This document shows, piece by piece, positions 49,148 to 62,096 of a stretch of 64,000 nucleotides of DNA; position 1 is the stretch's first letter, and each line of letters starts with the position of its first letter. This stretch comes from Escherichia coli (GTDB lineage: Bacteria; Pseudomonadota; Gammaproteobacteria; Enterobacterales; Enterobacteriaceae), in the NCBI RefSeq assembly GCF_050920415.1, contig NZ_CP169309.1, one strand, 5' to 3'. A program made the translations under genes and the position numbers. The notes under the pieces are model-generated. The model saw nothing but the letters and a program-made list of their open reading frames with translations. It had not been told where the DNA came from and made no database searches.

Positions 49148-50421
49148 TTAACTTCCCCTTGTGTCAACGCAATATCGCGATCATCGACCTTGATAGCCGT
49201 AATTTCGTTGTCGGATTCGCGGAAAAAAATCATGAACAGCACGGCGATAATGGCAATCATCACCGCGCCGAAAGTCCACATCCCGGACCAGTTGAAAGTC
49301 AGTCCGTTTACCGGTTCCGGATAAGCGAACATCTTTTCCATCATCACACCGCCAAGACGATAGCCGAGCAAACTGCCGAATCCCTGGCAGCAGAGCGTGA
49401 TCAGCCCCTGCGCAGCGGTACGCATATGCACGGGGGCTTTTTTATCGACATAGATGTAAGCGGTAACGTAGTAAAAATCGTAACTTACTCCATGCAGCAA
49501 AATGCCGAGGAACAGTAACGCGTAGGTGAAATATTCATCCGCACTACCGTAAATAAAGAAGCCATAGCGGATCGCAGCGGTGACCAGACCAAGTAATAAT
49601 ACCTTTTTGATACCAAAGCGTTTGGTAAAAAACGGCAATGCCAGCATAAAGAAGATTTCAGAGAACTGGCCGAGCGTCATCCAGCCGGTGGCGTTTTTCA
49701 TGCCGACTTCTGTCAGATAACCGTTGGCAAAGATGTAATAGAACGCCAGTGGCATCGCAAACAGGAATGAACAGAAGAAAAAGACGAGGAAGTTTTTATC
49801 GCGTAGCAGGATCAGCGCATCCAGGCCGAGCATGACTTTAATGTCCATTTTGCCGGTGCTTTTTGGCGGCGTGTCGGGCAGGAAAAACGCAAACACACCG
49901 AGCAGAGCAGAACTTCCGGCGGTAATCAGCAGCGGGATGTTAGTCGGAGAGATATCGGCATAACCCAGCATTTGCGGCAAAAATCCACATGCCAGACCGG
50001 AGGCAATCCAGCCGATAGTGCCCATCACACGAATGCGTGGGAAATCACGCTCCACATCCGGCACGTTGGCAAAAGCGATACTGTTAGTCAGCGCAATGGT
50101 CGGCATATAGGTTAGCGAGTAGGCCAGCAGTAACGGGAAGAACCCGGCAAAAGTGGTCTGTTGCGCAGCGAAATACATCAGCGCCGCACCAGCGAACATC
50201 AATACCGCCAGCACTTTCTGCGCCGAGAAAAAGCGGTCAGTGATGGAGCCAACCAGAATTGGCGACAGGATCGCCGCAATGGCGGTACAGGCATACGACC
50301 AGCCAATTTCTCCGGCACTAAAACCGCTTTTACTTAACCACAACCACAATGGCACAAACCACGCGCCCCAGATAAACCATTCAACAAACATCATGAACGA
50401 CAGCTTTGCTGTTGTTTTCAT
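49144..50421 (-). CDS. yegT: MFS nucleoside:H+ symporter-family transporter
   Basis: 425 aa, multi-TM; first gene of yegTUV. Confidence 0.8.
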   Translation of the reverse strand: MKTTAKLSFMMFVEWFIWGAWFVPLWLWLSKSGFSAGEIGWSYACTAIAAILSPILVGSITDRFFSAQKVLAVLMFAGAALMYFAAQQTTFAGFFPLLLAYSLTYMPTIALTNSIAFANVPDVERDFPRIRVMGTIGWIASGLACGFLPQMLGYADISPTNIPLLITAGSSALLGVFAFFLPDTPPKSTGKMDIKVMLGLDALILLRDKNFLVFFFCSFLFAMPLAFYYIFANGYLTEVGMKNATGWMTLGQFSEIFFMLALPFFTKRFGIKKVLLLGLVTAAIRYGFFIYGSADEYFTYALLFLGILLHGVSYDFYYVTAYIYVDKKAPVHMRTAAQGLITLCCQGFGSLLGYRLGGVMMEKMFAYPEPVNGLTFNWSGMWTFGAVMIAIIAVLFMIFFRESDNEITAIKVDDRDIALTQGEVK

Positions 50422-50677
50422 CTTTTAATTCCTTCATGACAGGTAATGTAAGGTACGCGATGACAATACCATTTAATAATACCTTTTAAATACCTTTGCG
50501 GTGAAAACTTGACCGCGGTAACATTTTTTCTGATGAATCGAGCCAACAGAAAACGCTGAAAAAACATCCAAAAGATGGAAAAACTCGCCTGTAACGACCA
50601 GGATTATGATTGCCCGCAAAAGGCGGGCCAGGACAATCCATAGCCGATATCCAATCGGAATTTACGGGAGCATAGTA

Positions 50678-51730
50678 ATGACAGATATTGCGCAGTTGCT
50701 TGGCAAAGACGCCGACAACCTTTTACAGCACCGTTGTATGACTATTCCTTCTGACCAGCTTTATCTCCCCGGACATGACTACGTAGACCGCGTGATGATT
50801 GACAATAATCGCCCGCCAGCGGTGTTACGTAATATGCAGACGTTGTACAACACTGGGCGTCTGGCTGGCACAGGATATCTTTCTATTCTGCCGGTTGACC
50901 AGGGCGTTGAGCACTCTGCCGGAGCTTCATTTGCCGCTAACCCGCTCTACTTTGACCCGAAAAACATTGTTGAACTGGCGATCGAAGCGGGCTGTAACTG
51001 TGTGGCGTCAACTTACGGCGTGCTGGCATCGGTATCGCGGCGTTACGCGCATCGCATTCCATTCCTTGTCAAACTTAATCACAACGAGACGCTAAGTTAC
51101 CCGAACACTTACGATCAAACGCTGTATGCCAGCGTGGAGCAGGCGTTCAACATGGGCGCGGTGGCGGTTGGCGCGACCATCTATTTTGGCTCGGAAGAGT
51201 CACGTCGCCAGATTGAAGAAATTTCTGCGGCTTTTGAACGTGCGCACGAGCTGGGCATGGTGACCGTGCTGTGGGCCTATTTGCGTAACTCCGCCTTTAA
51301 GAAAGATGGCGTCGATTATCACGTTTCGGCTGACCTGACCGGCCAGGCTAACCATCTGGCGGCAACCATAGGCGCAGATATCGTCAAACAAAAAATGGCG
51401 GAAAATAACGGCGGCTATAAAGCGATTAATTACGGTTATACCGACGATCGCGTGTACAGCAAGTTGACCAGCGAAAACCCGATTGATCTGGTGCGTTATC
51501 AGTTAGCTAACTGCTATATGGGCCGGGCAGGGTTGATAAACTCCGGCGGTGCTGCAGGCGGTGAAACTGACCTCAGCGATGCAGTGCGTACTGCGGTCAT
51601 CAACAAACGCGCTGGCGGAATGGGGCTGATTCTTGGACGTAAGGCGTTCAAGAAATCGATGGCTGACGGCGTGAAACTGATTAACGCCGTGCAGGACGTT
51701 TATCTCGATAGCAAAATTACTATCGCCTGA
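50678..51730 (+). CDS. fbaB: class I fructose-bisphosphate aldolase
   Basis: ORF 50606..51730; start at ATG 50678 ([16 protein letters not shown]...), 350 aa. Confidence 0.9.
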
Positions 51731-51749
51731 TACGCCTCATACGAACAGC

Positions 51750-51885
51750 ACTACCCCGTAGGGCGGATAAGGCGTTCACACCGCATCCGGCAACCTATGC
51801 CTGATGCGACGCTGAAGCGTCTTATCATGCCTACACAGCGCTGCCCCGTAGGCCGGATAAGGCGTTCGCGCCGCATCTGACATAA
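51750..51885. repeat. REP/BIME elements
   Basis: Two copies of the gccggataaggcgttc(a/g)c(a/g)ccgcatc palindrome family between fbaB and gatY. Confidence 0.8.
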
Positions 51886-52035
51886 AACAACGTGCACTTT
51901 GTTACGGCTTCCCCCGGGAGGCCGTTTTTATTGCCTGTCATTCTGGATTGATTTTCATATTGTCTTTTTTGTGATCGATATCGCGACATTTGGAAACAAA
52001 AAATTTCATTATATTTTGAAATCGAAAATAAATAA

Positions 52036-54193
<2,158 letters not shown>

Positions 54194-54202
54194 GGACGGT
54201 AT

Positions 54203-54655
54203 ATGACTAACCTGTTTGTTCGTAGCGGAATTTCTTTTGTCGATCGTAGCGAAGTTTTAACCCATATCGGTAATGAGATGATCGTGAAAGGTGTGGTTCA
54301 TGAAACCTGGCCACAGGCATTAATTGCCAGAGAAGCAGAATTCCCCACCGGGATAATGCTTGAACAGCACGCCATTGCAATACCGCATTGTGAGGCGATT
54401 CATGCTAAGTCGTCAGCCATTTATCTGTTAAGGCCAACAAATAAAGTTCATTTTCAGCAAGCGGATGATGATAGCGACGTGGCGGTATCGTTGGTTATTG
54501 CGTTGATTGTGGAAAATCCGCAGCAGCAATTGAAACTTTTACGCTGTTTATTTGGCAAGTTACAACAGCCCGAGATCGTCGAGACACTAATCACTCTTCC
54601 TGAAACCCAGTTAAAGGAATATTTCACAAAGTATGTTTTAGATTCAGACGAATAA
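54203..54655 (+). CDS. gatA: galactitol PTS EIIA
   Basis: 150 aa. Confidence 0.9.
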   Translation: MTNLFVRSGISFVDRSEVLTHIGNEMIVKGVVHETWPQALIAREAEFPTGIMLEQHAIAIPHCEAIHAKSSAIYLLRPTNKVHFQQADDDSDVAVSLVIALIVENPQQQLKLLRCLFGKLQQPEIVETLITLPETQLKEYFTKYVLDSDE

Positions 54656-54685
54656 ATCCCTCTGTAACAATAAAAAGGACTATTT

Positions 54686-54970
54686 ATGAAACGCAAGATT
54701 ATTGTCGCTTGCGGAGGCGCGGTTGCGACCTCTACGATGGCGGCGGAAGAAATTAAAGAGTTGTGTCATAGCCATAATATCCCCGTTGAATTAATCCAGT
54801 GTCGGGTTAATGAAATAGAAACCTATATGGATGGTGTACATCTTATTTGTACTACCGCCAGAGTTGACCGCAGTTTTGGCGATATTCCGTTAGTTCACGG
54901 CATGCCTTTTGTTTCTGGTGTCGGTATCGAAGCATTACAAAATAAAATTCTGACTATCTTACAGGGGTGA
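54686..54970 (+). CDS. gatB: galactitol PTS EIIB
   Basis: 94 aa; N-terminal Cys ([12 protein letters not shown]). Confidence 0.9.
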   Translation: MKRKIIVACGGAVATSTMAAEEIKELCHSHNIPVELIQCRVNEIETYMDGVHLICTTARVDRSFGDIPLVHGMPFVSGVGIEALQNKILTILQG

Positions 54971-54973
54971 CCT

Positions 54974-56329
54974 ATGTTTTCAGAAGTCATGCGTTATATT
55001 CTCGACCTCGGCCCTACGGTCATGTTGCCGATTGTCATCATTATTTTTTCTAAGATATTAGGCATGAAGGCAGGCGATTGCTTTAAAGCGGGTCTGCATA
55101 TCGGGATTGGCTTTGTTGGCATTGGCCTTGTGATTGGCTTAATGCTGGATTCCATTGGTCCGGCGGCGAAAGCGATGGCGGAAAATTTCGACCTGAATCT
55201 GCATGTGGTCGATGTCGGCTGGCCGGGCTCTTCACCAATGACCTGGGCGTCGCAAATTGCGCTGGTGGCGATTCCGATTGCGATTCTGGTTAACGTGGCG
55301 ATGCTACTGACCCGTATGACGCGGGTGGTAAATGTTGATATATGGAATATCTGGCATATGACCTTCACCGGCGCATTGCTGCATCTGGCAACCGGTTCAT
55401 GGATGATAGGGATGGCGGGTGTGGTAATTCACGCGGTGTTTGTTTATAAGCTCGGCGACTGGTTTGCCCGCGATACCCGAAATTTCTTTGAGCTGGAAGG
55501 CATTGCTATTCCGCACGGTACGTCGGCGTATCTGGGGCCAATTGCGGTGCTGGTGGATGCTATCATCGAGAAAATCCCAGGCGTTAACCGTATTAAATTT
55601 AGCGCCGACGATATTCAGCGCAAATTTGGCCCATTTGGCGAACCTGTCACCGTGGGCTTTGTGATGGGGCTGATTATCGGCATCCTCGCGGGTTACGATG
55701 TCAAAGGTGTATTGCAGCTGGCGGTAAAAACGGCGGCAGTTATGCTGCTGATGCCACGGGTGATTAAACCCATCATGGATGGTTTAACGCCCATCGCTAA
55801 GCAGGCCCGTAGTCGTTTACAGGCGAAGTTCGGCGGTCAGGAGTTCCTGATTGGCCTTGATCCGGCGTTGCTGCTGGGGCATACGGCGGTGGTATCGGCA
55901 AGCCTGATTTTTATCCCGCTCACCATTTTAATTGCTGTTTGTGTTCCGGGTAATCAGGTACTGCCGTTTGGCGACCTTGCCACCATCGGCTTCTTTGTTG
56001 CGATGGCAGTTGCCGTGCATCGTGGAAATCTGTTCCGCACCTTAATCTCGGGTGTCATCATTATGAGCATCACCCTGTGGATCGCGACGCAAACTATTGG
56101 TTTGCACACCCAACTGGCGGCTAATGCTGGGGCGTTAAAAGCCGGGGGCATGGTGGCTTCAATGGATCAGGGCGGTTCTCCCATTACCTGGTTACTGATT
56201 CAGGTTTTCTCCCCGCAAAATATTCCCGGTTTCATTATTATCGGTGCCATTTATCTTACCGGTATTTTCATGACCTGGCGTAGAGCGCGCGGCTTTATTA
56301 AACAAGAGAAAGCCGTTCTCGCAGAATAA
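54974..56329 (+). CDS. gatC: galactitol PTS EIIC permease
   Basis: 451 aa polytopic membrane protein. Confidence 0.9.
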   Translation: MFSEVMRYILDLGPTVMLPIVIIIFSKILGMKAGDCFKAGLHIGIGFVGIGLVIGLMLDSIGPAAKAMAENFDLNLHVVDVGWPGSSPMTWASQIALVAIPIAILVNVAMLLTRMTRVVNVDIWNIWHMTFTGALLHLATGSWMIGMAGVVIHAVFVYKLGDWFARDTRNFFELEGIAIPHGTSAYLGPIAVLVDAIIEKIPGVNRIKFSADDIQRKFGPFGEPVTVGFVMGLIIGILAGYDVKGVLQLAVKTAAVMLLMPRVIKPIMDGLTPIAKQARSRLQAKFGGQEFLIGLDPALLLGHTAVVSASLIFIPLTILIAVCVPGNQVLPFGDLATIGFFVAMAVAVHRGNLFRTLISGVIIMSITLWIATQTIGLHTQLAANAGALKAGGMVASMDQGGSPITWLLIQVFSPQNIPGFIIIGAIYLTGIFMTWRRARGFIKQEKAVLAE

Positions 56330-56376
56330 TTTTTACCTGAGGGGGAGTTTATCCCCCTTAATAATCAGGAGTTTTT

Positions 56377-57417
56377 ATGAAATCAGTGGTGAATGATACT
56401 GATGGTATCGTACGCGTTGCCCAACGAGTCATTCCTGAAATTAAACATCAGGATGAGGTGCGGGTAAAAATTGCCAGCTCGGGATTATGTGGTTCCGATT
56501 TACCCAGAATTTTTAAAAATGGTGCACATTATTATCCAATAACGTTAGGCCATGAATTTAGCGGCTATATTGATGCTGTGGGATCCGGTGTTGATGATTT
56601 ACATCCTGGCGATGCGGTTGCCTGTGTGCCGTTATTACCCTGTTTTACTTGTCCAGAGTGTCTGAAAGGGTTTTATTCCCAGTGCGCAAAATATGATTTT
56701 ATTGGCTCACGGCGGGATGGTGGGTTTGCCGAATATATTGTCGTTAAGCGGAAAAATGTCTTTGCTCTACCTGCGCATATGCCTATTGAGGATGGGGCTT
56801 TTATTGAACCGATTACCGTTGGCCTGCATGCTTTCCATTTAGCGCAAGGTTGTGAGAATAAAAACGTTATTATTATTGGTGCCGGAACCATTGGCCTGCT
56901 GGCCATTCAGTGCGCTGTCGCGCTGGGAGCAAAGAGTGTGACGGCTATCGACATTAGCTCAGAAAAACTGGCACTGGCAAAATCTTTCGGTGCGATGCAA
57001 ACATTTAACAGCCTTGAAATGAGCGCGCCGCAAATGCAGGGCGTTTTACGCGAGCTGCGCTTTAATCAGCTTATCCTCGAGACGGCTGGCGTCCCGCAAA
57101 CCGTCGAACTGGCGGTAGAGATTGCCGGGCCTCATGCCCAGCTGGCGCTGGTGGGCACGTTGCATCAGGATCTGCATATAACATCGACAACGTTTGGCAA
57201 AATATTACGTAAAGAGCTGACGGTTATCGGCAGTTGGATGAACTACTCCAGCCCTTGGCCGGGGCAGGAGTGGGAAACGGCGAGCCGGTTGCTGACAGAA
57301 CGTAAGTTAAGCCTGGAGCCATTAATCGCTCACCGTGGAAGCTTTGAAAGCTTCGCCCAGGCGGTGCGTGACATCGCTCGTAATGCTATGCCGGGCAAAG
57401 TGTTGCTTATTCCCTGA
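56377..57417 (+). CDS. gatD: galactitol-1-phosphate 5-dehydrogenase (Zn-dependent)
   Basis: 346 aa; MDR-family Zn-ADH motifs (GHEFSG; GAGTIGL). Confidence 0.9.
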   Translation: MKSVVNDTDGIVRVAQRVIPEIKHQDEVRVKIASSGLCGSDLPRIFKNGAHYYPITLGHEFSGYIDAVGSGVDDLHPGDAVACVPLLPCFTCPECLKGFYSQCAKYDFIGSRRDGGFAEYIVVKRKNVFALPAHMPIEDGAFIEPITVGLHAFHLAQGCENKNVIIIGAGTIGLLAIQCAVALGAKSVTAIDISSEKLALAKSFGAMQTFNSLEMSAPQMQGVLRELRFNQLILETAGVPQTVELAVEIAGPHAQLALVGTLHQDLHITSTTFGKILRKELTVIGSWMNYSSPWPGQEWETASRLLTERKLSLEPLIAHRGSFESFAQAVRDIARNAMPGKVLLIP

Positions 57418-57516
57418 AACCGCGGGCCAGCGTGATGCTGGCCCGGTATTGTGCAAAACAGATCATTCACCAATGGTCCCCCTTCGTTTACACTAGCCAC
57501 AATTGAATATGGGTAA

Positions 57517-58296
57517 ATGACGATGAATTCATTCGAGCGAAGGAATAAGATCATCCAATTAGTGAATGAACAGGGAACCGTGCTTGTTCAGGATCTGGCG
57601 GGAGTATTTGCTGCCTCGGAAGCGACAATCCGTGCCGATTTGCGCTTTCTCGAACAAAAAGGCGTGGTTACGCGCTTTCATGGCGGTGCGGCGAAAATAA
57701 TGTCCGGTAATAGTGAAACCGAGACCCAGGAAGTCGGGTTTAAAGAGCGATTTCAGCTCGCCAGCGCGCCGAAAAACAGAATAGCGCAGGCGGCAGTCAA
57801 AATGATCCACGAAGGGATGACCGTTATTCTCGACAGCGGAAGTACGACAATGCTTATCGCCGAAGGTTTAATGACCGCCAAAAATATCACGGTGATTACC
57901 AACAGTCTCCCGGCGGCGTTTGCCCTTTCCGAAAATAAAGACATTACTCTGGTCGTCTGTGGTGGCACGGTCCGTCATAAAACGCGCTCGATGCATGGCT
58001 CCATTGCCGAGCGTTCATTGCAGGATATTAATGCCGATTTAATGTTTGTCGGTGCTGATGGTATTGATGCGGTTAATGGTATTACGACCTTTAATGAAGG
58101 TTATTCGATTAGCGGTGCGATGGTCACAGCCGCTAATAAAGTGATTGCCGTTCTCGATTCATCGAAATTTAACCGTCGCGGTTTTAATCAGGTACTGCCA
58201 ATCGAAAAAATTGATATTATTATTACTGATGATGCCGTGTCAGAGGTGGATAAACTGGCATTGCAGAAAACACGGGTGAAATTAATTACGGTGTAG
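57517..58296 (+). CDS. gatR: DeoR-family repressor of the gat operon (uninterrupted)
   Basis: 259-aa continuous ORF with N-terminal DeoR HTH; no IS sequence within it. Confidence 0.85.
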   Translation: MTMNSFERRNKIIQLVNEQGTVLVQDLAGVFAASEATIRADLRFLEQKGVVTRFHGGAAKIMSGNSETETQEVGFKERFQLASAPKNRIAQAAVKMIHEGMTVILDSGSTTMLIAEGLMTAKNITVITNSLPAAFALSENKDITLVVCGGTVRHKTRSMHGSIAERSLQDINADLMFVGADGIDAVNGITTFNEGYSISGAMVTAANKVIAVLDSSKFNRRGFNQVLPIEKIDIIITDDAVSEVDKLALQKTRVKLITV

Positions 58297-58307
58297 CATT
58301 GTTCTTT

Positions 58308-58342
58308 ATGCCGGATAAGGTGTGTACACCGAATCCGGCATC
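58308..58342. repeat. REP element
   Basis: gccggataaggtgtgtacaccgaatccggca palindrome between gatR and yegS. Confidence 0.7.
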
Positions 58343-58377
58343 ACTGATACTCCCTGAATTAAGAAAGGGAAATTTGA

Positions 58378-59277
58378 TTAACGCAATAATGGACAATCCG
58401 GTGGTAATCGACAGCGCAATGCTGCCGGAAGTATTTCAATATGGAAGTTTTGCCCACTCAACGGTTCGCCATCAAGATTAAAGGTAATTTCGTGTGGCGC
58501 TTGTATATCGAACCACGCCGAAGCACCTTCGATAATATTCGGGTTATCTTCGTCAGATTTTAAGGTTGATACGAGAGCCGGAAGAATTTCATCGCCGGTG
58601 AAAATGCGTAGTTGCAGCAAGCCGTCGTTAATTAATGCGTTCGGGCACAATTGCTGACCGCCACCTGCCTGACGGCCGTTACCAATACCAATGACTAGTG
58701 CGTCACCTTGCCAGTGAAAGTTTTCACCGCGGATTTCACAACGGTCCGGTTGCAGTGTATCCATGCGCATTAAGCCGTGAATGATGTAAGAGACGCCACC
58801 CAGCGCTGCTTTTAATTTTTCCGGCGTTTCTGTGGTAATACGTGTCCCAAACCCACCCGTTGCCATATTAATAAAACAGGTTTGTTTGTTGACCTGCGCC
58901 ATATCAATCGCAATAGCGTCACCAGCAATTGCTAGTTTCAGCGCCTTATCCAGTGCCTCAGGTATACCCACGCTGGTCGCGAAATCGTTCGCTGTACCTA
59001 GTGGCAAAATCCCCAGCGCGGGTATGTCATCGCCCTCACACTGAATCAGCGCCGAGGAAACTTCATTAATAGTGCCATCGCCACCACCGGCAATTACCGT
59101 TGCGACGCCCAGCTTCCGGGCCTCTTCTACAAATCGGGCGGCATCGCCTTTCTCCCAGGTGACCCGCACATGGATCGTCATTCCTTCCTCGCGCAACAGC
59201 ATAATTGCTTCGCGCAAGGGTTGATTGTCAGTACTTTTGCCGTTAAGAATCAGTAAGCTGGCGGGAAATTCTGCCAT
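58378..59277 (-). CDS. yegS: lipid kinase (DAGK catalytic-domain family)
   Basis: 299 aa; translation matches recalled YegS. Confidence 0.85.
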   Translation of the reverse strand: MAEFPASLLILNGKSTDNQPLREAIMLLREEGMTIHVRVTWEKGDAARFVEEARKLGVATVIAGGGDGTINEVSSALIQCEGDDIPALGILPLGTANDFATSVGIPEALDKALKLAIAGDAIAIDMAQVNKQTCFINMATGGFGTRITTETPEKLKAALGGVSYIIHGLMRMDTLQPDRCEIRGENFHWQGDALVIGIGNGRQAGGGQQLCPNALINDGLLQLRIFTGDEILPALVSTLKSDEDNPNIIEGASAWFDIQAPHEITFNLDGEPLSGQNFHIEILPAALRCRLPPDCPLLR

Positions 59278-59759
59278 AATCGTATGCCTTTATGATTGGT
59301 CTGTAGATAGTGTAGAGCAGAAAAGAAAAGGCGGAGTCAGAACAGGATGAAAATCGGAGGATAAAAAATCAGTTCAAGGATGGGGAATTCAGTGGTTACC
59401 AGTAAGGGGGGCAACGGTACACTCGGTTTTTATCGGCATAAATGATCACTGAAAGCACTTAAGCATTATTTTACTGTGGATTCAGCGTGGCAGCGAACAT
59501 TAACGGTAATCAGGGACAAACTTCAAAAGAGCATATGCATCATATTCAACAAAGCAATGGCATCCTCAATGTACGATTCCAATTATATTAAATAATTCCT
59601 ATGAGGTTATCTGTGATAGGCCTCCATGTCTGTATTTCCTACTTATGTAGGAAATTCTGCACAAAACATTTATTATAATCCTATTCAATAATGACAATGA
59701 TGTCATTATTATATTTCAACACTAGAGAGTGTCGTTGGTGTTTAATGGGGGAAGGTGAG

Positions 59760-60077
59760 ATGAAAAAGACAGCTGCTATATCATTAATTAGTGTTTTTCT
59801 TATGTCTGGTTGTGCTGTGCATAATGATGAGACAAGTATCGGTAAATTCGGTCTTGCCTATAAAAGTAATATCCAGCGTAAACTCGATAACCAATACTAC
59901 ACTGAAGCCGAAGCATCTTTAGCCAGGGGCAGAATATCTGGTGCGGAAAATATAGTGAAAAATGATGCAGCTAATTTCTGTGTTACTCAGGGCAAAAAAA
60001 TGCAGATAGTTAACCTGAAGACTGAAGGGGCAGGATTACATGGCGTCGCGCGTCTGACATTCAAATGTGGAGAGTGA
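59760..60077 (+). CDS. yegR: small lipoprotein, 105 aa
   Basis: ORF 59691..60077; start at ATG 59760 (MKKTAAISLISVFLMSGC, lipobox MSGC). Confidence 0.75.
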   Translation: MKKTAAISLISVFLMSGCAVHNDETSIGKFGLAYKSNIQRKLDNQYYTEAEASLARGRISGAENIVKNDAANFCVTQGKKMQIVNLKTEGAGLHGVARLTFKCGE

Positions 60078-60417
60078 GAATAGATTCAAGACTACCATGG
60101 ACACATCCATTTTTATCTCTGATAAGGTATTCTTCAACACCATTATTGAATGTGAGTAATAATGACAAGCAGATAGATGAAACTACAGCAGAATTTTTAT
60201 TTTATGCGGCTATCAGAAAATGATGGCATAAATATTCCTATGCTTTAGCTTCATTTTTTGTAAGCGTCAAACATGCGCGTTCTGGGTGTGCGTAGCCGGA
60301 CCCTGTGCGAGCACGATGCCGTTAAGTGAAAGGCATCGTGCTATGAAGGGGGATTCTATCGATGTGGTCAATGGAAGACGGTCACCTGGGATCAATCCGT
60401 CTCTATGGTTTATGCAT

Positions 60418-60504
60418 AAAAAATAAGCCCGTGTAAGGGAGATTACACAGGCTAAGGAGGTGGTTCCTGGTACAGCTAGCATTTTATGGGTTATGTTTTT
60501 CAGC
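60418..60504 (-). ncRNA. cyaR: CyaR (RyeE) Hfq-dependent sRNA
   Basis: Reverse complement of 60418..60504 reads gctgaaaaacataacccataaaatgctagctgtaccaggaaccacctccttagcctgtgtaatctcccttacacgggcttatttttt, matching recalled CyaR including its terminator hairpin and U-tail. Confidence 0.85.
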
Positions 60505-60588
60505 GAAACGGATGATAACCTTAATAAATGCAGCTGTATGTGATCGGTTTCTAAGAATTTTCCATCCGGGAAAAATAATCGAAATTAA

Positions 60589-61950
60589 TCACTTACCGTG
60601 GGGGTTACGCGTGGTTTCCCCGGAGAAATTTCGCATCAGCAGCGCGTAATTTAGCTCAAGATCCTGCGGGACCGGGATCCACACAGTATAACCATCGCCA
60701 GGTGCGACCGGCATTGCTTCGCCTTTGGCGTTTTCCATATGCTCAAGGGTAAAGTTAATGTTCCCTTGCGGCGTCATCAGCTCAAGGCTGTCGCCAACGG
60801 AGAATTTATTTTTCACCGCTACCGCCGCGAGGTCGCCCTTGCGCTCACCGGTAAACTCACCAACAAACTGCTGGCGGTCAGAAACTGAATAACCGTATTC
60901 GTAGTTCTGATAATCGTCGTGAGTATGACGACGCAGGAAACCTTCGGTATAGCCACGATGCGCCAGACCTTCCAGAGTTTCCAGCAGGCTGGTATCGAAT
61001 GGTTTTCCCGCAGCTGCGTCATCGATAGCTTTACGGTAAACCTGCGCGGTGCGTGCGCAATAGTAGAAAGATTTTGTACGACCTTCGATTTTCAGCGAAT
61101 GCACGCCCATTTTGGTCAGGCGTTCAACGTGGGCGATAGCGCGCAGATCTTTCGAGTTCATGATGTAAGTGCCGTGCTCATCTTCAAACGCGGTCATATA
61201 CTCGCCCGGACGCTGAGCTTCTTCGATCATAAACACTTTGTCGGTTGGCGCGCCGATACCCAGCGTCGGCTCAACATTTTGCACCGGAATCGGCTCGTAC
61301 TTGTGCACGATGTTGCCAACGTCATCTTCTTTCCCTTCCTGGACGTTGTACTCCCAGCGGCAGGCGTTGGTGCAGGTGCCCTGGTTCGGGTCGCGCTTGT
61401 TGATATAGCCAGAGAGCAGGCAGCGACCGGAGTAGGCCATGCACAGCGCGCCGTGAACGAAGATCTCTACCTCCATATCCGGCACCTGATTGCGGATCTC
61501 TTCAATCTCTTCCAGCGACAGCTCGCGAGAGAGGATCACGCGGGTCAGGCCCATTTGCTGCCAGAATTTCACCGTCGCCCAGTTCACGGCGTTAGCCTGT
61601 ACCGAGAGATGGATCGGCATTTCAGGGAAGTGCTCACGCACCAGCATAATCAGCCCTGGATCGGACATTATTAGCGCATCCGGCCCCATTTCCACCACCG
61701 GTTTCAGGTCACGGATAAAGGTTTTCAGCTTGGCGTTGTGCGGTGCAATGTTGACCACAACATAAAACTTTTTCCCCAGCGCGTGGGCTTCATTAATGCC
61801 GAGCTGAAGATTTTCGTGGTTGAATTCGTTGTTGCGCACACGCAGGGAGTAACGCGGCTGGCCCGCATAAACAGCATCTGCGCCATAAGCGAAAGCGTAA
61901 CGCATATTTTTCAGCGTTCCCGCCGGGGAAAGGAGTTCCGGTTTAAACAT
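60589..61950 (-). CDS. yegQ: U32-family peptidase-like protein (implicated in 23S rRNA C2501 hydroxylation)
   Basis: 453 aa; translation matches recalled YegQ. Confidence 0.85.
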   Translation of the reverse strand: MFKPELLSPAGTLKNMRYAFAYGADAVYAGQPRYSLRVRNNEFNHENLQLGINEAHALGKKFYVVVNIAPHNAKLKTFIRDLKPVVEMGPDALIMSDPGLIMLVREHFPEMPIHLSVQANAVNWATVKFWQQMGLTRVILSRELSLEEIEEIRNQVPDMEVEIFVHGALCMAYSGRCLLSGYINKRDPNQGTCTNACRWEYNVQEGKEDDVGNIVHKYEPIPVQNVEPTLGIGAPTDKVFMIEEAQRPGEYMTAFEDEHGTYIMNSKDLRAIAHVERLTKMGVHSLKIEGRTKSFYYCARTAQVYRKAIDDAAAGKPFDTSLLETLEGLAHRGYTEGFLRRHTHDDYQNYEYGYSVSDRQQFVGEFTGERKGDLAAVAVKNKFSVGDSLELMTPQGNINFTLEHMENAKGEAMPVAPGDGYTVWIPVPQDLELNYALLMRNFSGETTRNPHGK

Positions 61951-62096
61951 AATTCTCTCGTTCTGATGACAGGTCAGATCCGCTTCACCTGATGAAGCGG
62001 TTGGGGGAGTGCCCCCACTTTAAGGGCGGGCATTGTAGCGCTGTGGGGGGATCTGGTAAAGCGCCGGACGCCAACAACCCACGCCCGGCATCGTCA

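Noticed and set aside
60505-60588. Possible CRP site upstream of cyaR (TGTGA half-site near 60535-60545)
   Set aside because: Only one recognisable half-site found by eye; cannot support a full TGTGA-N6-TCACA call without a matrix scan.
60919-61674. 251-aa ORF on the plus strand
   Set aside because: Antisense within yegQ; shadow ORF.
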